The notes beneath the pieces were generated by a model, which saw only the letters and a list, made by a program, of their open reading frames with translations, was not told the origin of the DNA and searched no databases. Shown here in pieces: positions 60,042 through 64,000 of a stretch of DNA of 64,000 bases (the first letter of the stretch is position 1; each line of letters starts with the position of its first letter). The translations under genes and the position numbers were made by a program. Source of the stretch: Podarcis muralis (taxonomy: Eukaryota). Where the stretch lies: the NCBI RefSeq assembly GCF_964188315.1, contig NC_135667.1, positions 26,412,001-26,476,000 on the forward strand. The letters run 5' to 3'.

Positions 60042-61123
60042 TCAGTTTAAAGCCCTCCTGATGAGGTTTCTGAGATTTTTGGCAAAAACATTCCTCCCAA
60101 CCGCTGTGAGGTGCAGCCCATTGCTTGCCAGAAGTCCATCTTCAAGAAACTGCAGTCCGTGATCTAAGAATCCAAACCGTTCCTGTTTACACCATTTGCG
60201 AAGCCAGCTGTTCACTTCCACTATTTTCCCCTCTCTCCCTGGGCCACGTCGTTCAACTGGGAGGACAGATGAGATGACAATTTGTGCATTTAATTGCTTC
60301 AATTTCCTGCCCAGAGCCTCGTATTCTCTTTTGATCTTCTGGAGGCTATTGCTTGCAGTGTCATTGGTTCCCACATGAACCAGGGGAAGGGGTATTTGTC
60401 AGTGGGTTTTATGATTCCTTGCAGTCGTTCAGTTACATCTTGGATCTTAGCCCCGGGGAGACAGCACACCTCCCGAGACATCTTGTCAGGCCCACAGATC
60501 ACTGCTTCTGTTCCCCTCGGTAGGGAATTCCCTATCACCACTACACGCCTCCTCTTAGGTTTGGTCGGGGTTCTTCCATGAGCTGTCCGTTCCAAGGTCG
60601 CCTGCACATTCCCTGAGGACTGACTTTGCTGCTCGTCTTCATATACCTGATCGACTGTAATGAGGGAGAGATCCTCAAATGGAGTCTGTTCTTCGTCTTC
60701 CATGCTAGGGGAGAGGACTTCAAAGCGATTGTGTATTTCTAAACAATCAGAGTGAACCCTGGGCCTCCTACTTCTTTGAGTCACGTTTCTCCATATATCT
60801 GGCACCTGTGTTGGTGAACTAGCCTCCTTCTCAGGGGTGTCCCCTGTCTCCTCCTTGGTGGAGACGGTGTTCTCTGTTGCTTCCAAGAAGAGCTCCAGCT
60901 CTCTAATTCTTTGGAGCGTAGCTACACGTTCCTCCAGTTGCTGGACTTCGTCTTCTAAGAGGGCAATCAACATACAATTGCTGCAGGTAAAGCTGCCTGC
61001 AACCTTTGGCAAGATGGCAAACATTGCGCAGGAACCGAAGGCGACTGCAGCTGTTCCCTCACCCTCCATCTTGAAAACGTGTCGTTGGGGGTGGCTACAG
61101 TGGTCCTCCATCTTAAAAAGCAT
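60042..61123 (-). pseudogene. CR1 ORF1 (zf/lz plus esterase), frameshifted
   Basis: CxxC...CxxC and heptad region, then VVVIGNS (normally GDS)...CLPGAKI...[1-nt frameshift ~60383]...HVGTND...DGLHLT. Confidence 0.9.
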
Positions 61124-61218
61124 GAAGACAGGACAAATACCCCCCCCAAAAAAAATACCTAGGTCTCCCCCAACAAACGTTTGAGACTAGCTCCCCTAAA
61201 TCTAAAAGATGGCTCAAA

Positions 61219-61804
61219 CTCCTCCCACAGCTAATCACCTGACTCAACAGAAACCCTGCCCCCTCTGACCTTTGCACAGGGAGAGCAGCTAATCAGCCAC
61301 AAACACACACACAAGAAAACACTTTTGCTCCTCCTTCAGCTGCTGCCCTGCAAGCTCTGATAAGCTCCTCCCACAGCTAATCACCTGACTCAACAGAAAC
61401 CCTGCCCCCTCTGACCTTTGCACAGGGAGAGCAGCTAATCAGCCACAAACACACACACAAGAAAACACTTTTGCTCCTGCTTCAGCTGCTGCCCTGCAAG
61501 CTCTGATAAGCTCCTCCCACAGCCAATCACCTGACTCAACAGAAACCCTGCCCCCTCTGACCTTTGCACAGGGAGAGCAGCTAATCAGCCACAGAGAAAC
61601 ACACACACAAGAAAACTCTTTTGCTCCTTCTTCAGCTGCTGCCCTGCAAGCTCTGATAAGCTCCTCCCACAGCTAATCACCTGACTCAACAGAAACCCTG
61701 CCCCCTCTGACCTTTGCACAGGGAGAGCAGCTAATCAGCCACAGAGAAACACACACACAAGAAAACTCTTTTGCTCCTTCTTCAGCTGCTGCCCTGCAAG
61801 CTCT
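61219..61804. repeat. Tandem array of four ~146-150-bp units at the CR1 5' end
   Basis: Units start at 61219, 61365, 61511 and 61661 (ctcctcccacagc...) and are nearly identical. Confidence 0.97.
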
Positions 61805-63236
61805 CAAATTCCTTCAAATTCCTGGACCCAACAAAGATTCAATAGCTGATATTGGTAATGGCCCCTAAGTATGGTTTGTTAAGGTAACAAAGGAAGTGAC
61901 TCTGTGCCATAGGCCAAGTGGGTATACCCTCTCCCTCGATTCTCTGGTAGCTAGAAAGACAAAACACCAGAGTTGAGGTGTGAGAGCTAGAAGCTAGAAA
62001 TTAGAAGCAGCCTGGGCAGCTGAGAGATGGAGTCATGTCTGATTTCTGCTGGAATCCAAAGCTGTGGCTATGGGAAAAGCAAGAACTTCTTGGGGTGCTA
62101 ATGCTGGGAGCCCCTCTATCATAGGCTCAGGTTATATATATGTATGTATATATCATATCCTATATCATATACCATATCATATACCATATATCATAAAAAC
62201 ACCAGTCTTCACTGTTCCTTGTTACAAAAGGAAGCACTGATCCTGGGTAAGTTCCTGCAACCCCTGGAATCTCGTACCGCTCAGAGATAGGGGTAGTGTG
62301 CAACAATAGGATTGTAACACGGTTGCTGTAATCAGATGGCTATTTTCCCGTCTATACTGTATTGAGGACACATTGATGGGTGCATCTAACTGAACAACAG
62401 CGGATAAAGGTAAGTTGGTTTCCTTATCCGAAAGCATGGCAAGGGAAAGTGGGATGAAATATCTACTATCAACTGTGCAGGGGAAGGATTCCAGGAGAGG
62501 GGATGTCAAATGAAGACCACCTCAGGGCCTGTTCCACCTGCCCCCACCCCTGTTCTACCCTAGATTCTGTATCAGCTGTGCTGTTAGAAGGCTTCCATGG
62601 GAGAATGAAAGGTCTGGTAGGAGGGGGTAGTATCTGGAAAAAGCCCTAGCTTTCTCATATTCCATTTCTGTAGGAAGGATCCTGATAACTTTTAAATGTG
62701 TTAATATTGTTTGCTGCTTGGTTTGCTTTAAAAATGCAGTTTTAGGTTCCCTTGTTCACTGGCTTGGAAGTATCTGTATCCTGAACAGCAGGTCATATAT
62801 TAAATTGCAACAAAGTAATAATGGATAATATAATAATATATTTGCAAGTGGGTCAAGCAAAGTGAATGGGAAGCAAGCAATCTGCAATTATGTCATAGGC
62901 AAGTGTTGTATGGCTCTTGATGGGGGGAAATGGAATTGGAGGGGAGTGAATATGAAAGCGAATATTGTTTATTGTGAAAAAAATTCTACCTGGCATTTTA
63001 TCTATAATAATCAGGAGGCAATATCTGGTACATCAGGCAAAGAAGCAAAAACATACAAGTTCAGTATTAACCATCACATTTTTATAGACACACAATCTGA
63101 GCACTTTCCATCCTTCCCACTGAAAACTTTGCCACGAAAGGTACAGTATTAGAAGGGCTTAGGATTTAGTGCCTGGGGGCAAGAAGCCATGAAAGAGTGG
63201 TGCTTTCCTGCTACAATCTTGACTTCAAGAGTGAGT

Positions 63237-63261
63237 GTATGTATGTATGTATGCATGCATG

Positions 63262-63290
<29 letters not shown>
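63237..63290. repeat. (TATG)n microsatellite
   Basis: Direct reading. Confidence 0.9.
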
Positions 63291-63294
<4 letters not shown>

Positions 63295-63841
63295 GCAGGA
63301 TTGCAGCTCCTTTACTTCTGGTGAAATACGGTAGTTCACATGTTGGTTACTTCATATGTAGTATCCTGCACTAACCACAACTGTGTTGTACTTGACGGTG
63401 TATAGGATGTGGTTTATTGCATTACTGTCAGTGGTGCCACAGCCTGGCCACTTCCACATTGTCGAAACAATCAACAATAACATCCGTACACTTCTCTTAC
63501 TTTTGGAAATGATGGAGGCACAGGCAAATAAACTACTAATCTGTGTACCACAGGACATGAGAAGAACAATGGGGCTGTTTCTGTCTGAACAATGGGGCTG
63601 TTTCTGTCACTTCTTATTAATTAGCATTCAAAATGGTAGATTATCTGTTGTCTGTTGTGCGTTTGATTTTGTTCTACATGTGTAGCTCACACCCATGTGA
63701 AATATGTTGCTACTGACAGTTTAAAATGCTTGTGCTTATTCCCAAAGGATGCAACAAAAATCCTTACCAAAAGAAATCTAGGGAAGAGGAATTCTCTCTA
63801 ATACAGCACAACCCAGATGCAGTCTACTGCACTTAGATTCT

Positions 63842-64000
63842 TCAAATTCTTCTCATAGGTACAAGTTTGCTGAAGACTTTTCTAAAAATGTCTTTAAACT
63901 CTCTGTTCCTCAGGCTGTAGATGAAGGGATTGAACATGGGAGTCAGGATAGTGTAGAAAACAGAGAAGACTTTGTACAGATCCTTCAGTGTGTCAGTCTT
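63842..64000 (-). CDS. Olfactory receptor, 3' part (enters from right edge)
   Basis: Manual translation: [52 protein letters not shown]. Not in the ORF track. Confidence 0.92.
   Translation of the reverse strand, partial: KTDTLKDLYKVFSVFYTILTPMFNPFIYSLRNREFKDIFRKVFSKLVPMRRI

Larger units (their letters stand above)
57445..61804 (-). mobile_element. Near-full-length CR1 LINE (inactivated)
   Basis: 3' (ATTCTATG)n end at ~57445-57465, ORF2 APE endonuclease plus RT (FADD), ORF1 zinc-finger/leucine-zipper plus SGNH esterase, and a tandem-repeat 5' region. Confidence 0.97.
57398..62305 (+). mobile_element. Solo LTR (TGTTG...CAACA) interrupted by the CR1 LINE; LTR pieces 57398-57444 and 61805-62305
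   Basis: Inverted termini tgttg/caaca with approximate 4-bp TSD acag/atag. The right piece has LTR-like composition. Confidence 0.55.

Noticed and set aside
61219-61804. Regularly spaced repeats considered as a CRISPR-like array
   Set aside because: The whole units are identical with no unique spacers, and the context is a eukaryotic LINE.

Overview
Vertebrate genomic DNA, almost certainly a squamate and probably a lacertid lizard (Sauria/Squam1 and Squam3 SINEs, squamate CR1/L2). The window is an olfactory receptor (OR) cluster with nine class II OR loci: a 5'-partial gene at the left edge, one pseudogene, six intact genes and a 3'-partial gene at the right edge. The cluster is interrupted by a multi-exon cytosolic phospholipase A2 gamma-like (PLA2G4C-like) gene on the minus strand (about 39.97-51.8 kb). 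I reconstructed it by hand as 13 phase-compatible exons with intact catalytic Arg/Ser/Asp motifs, two GC-AG introns and no C-terminal CaaX. Mobile elements include a near-full-length but dead CR1 LINE with four ~146-bp 5' tandem monomers nested in a solo LTR, two further solo LTRs, a DIRS-like fragment, L2/CR1/L1 fragments, SINEs, and hAT and Tigger MITEs. There is one 335-N assembly gap. Almost all other short ORFs in the supplied track are shadows or chance ORFs. Repeat-family and OR-clade names come from recall of family features, not from database searches.
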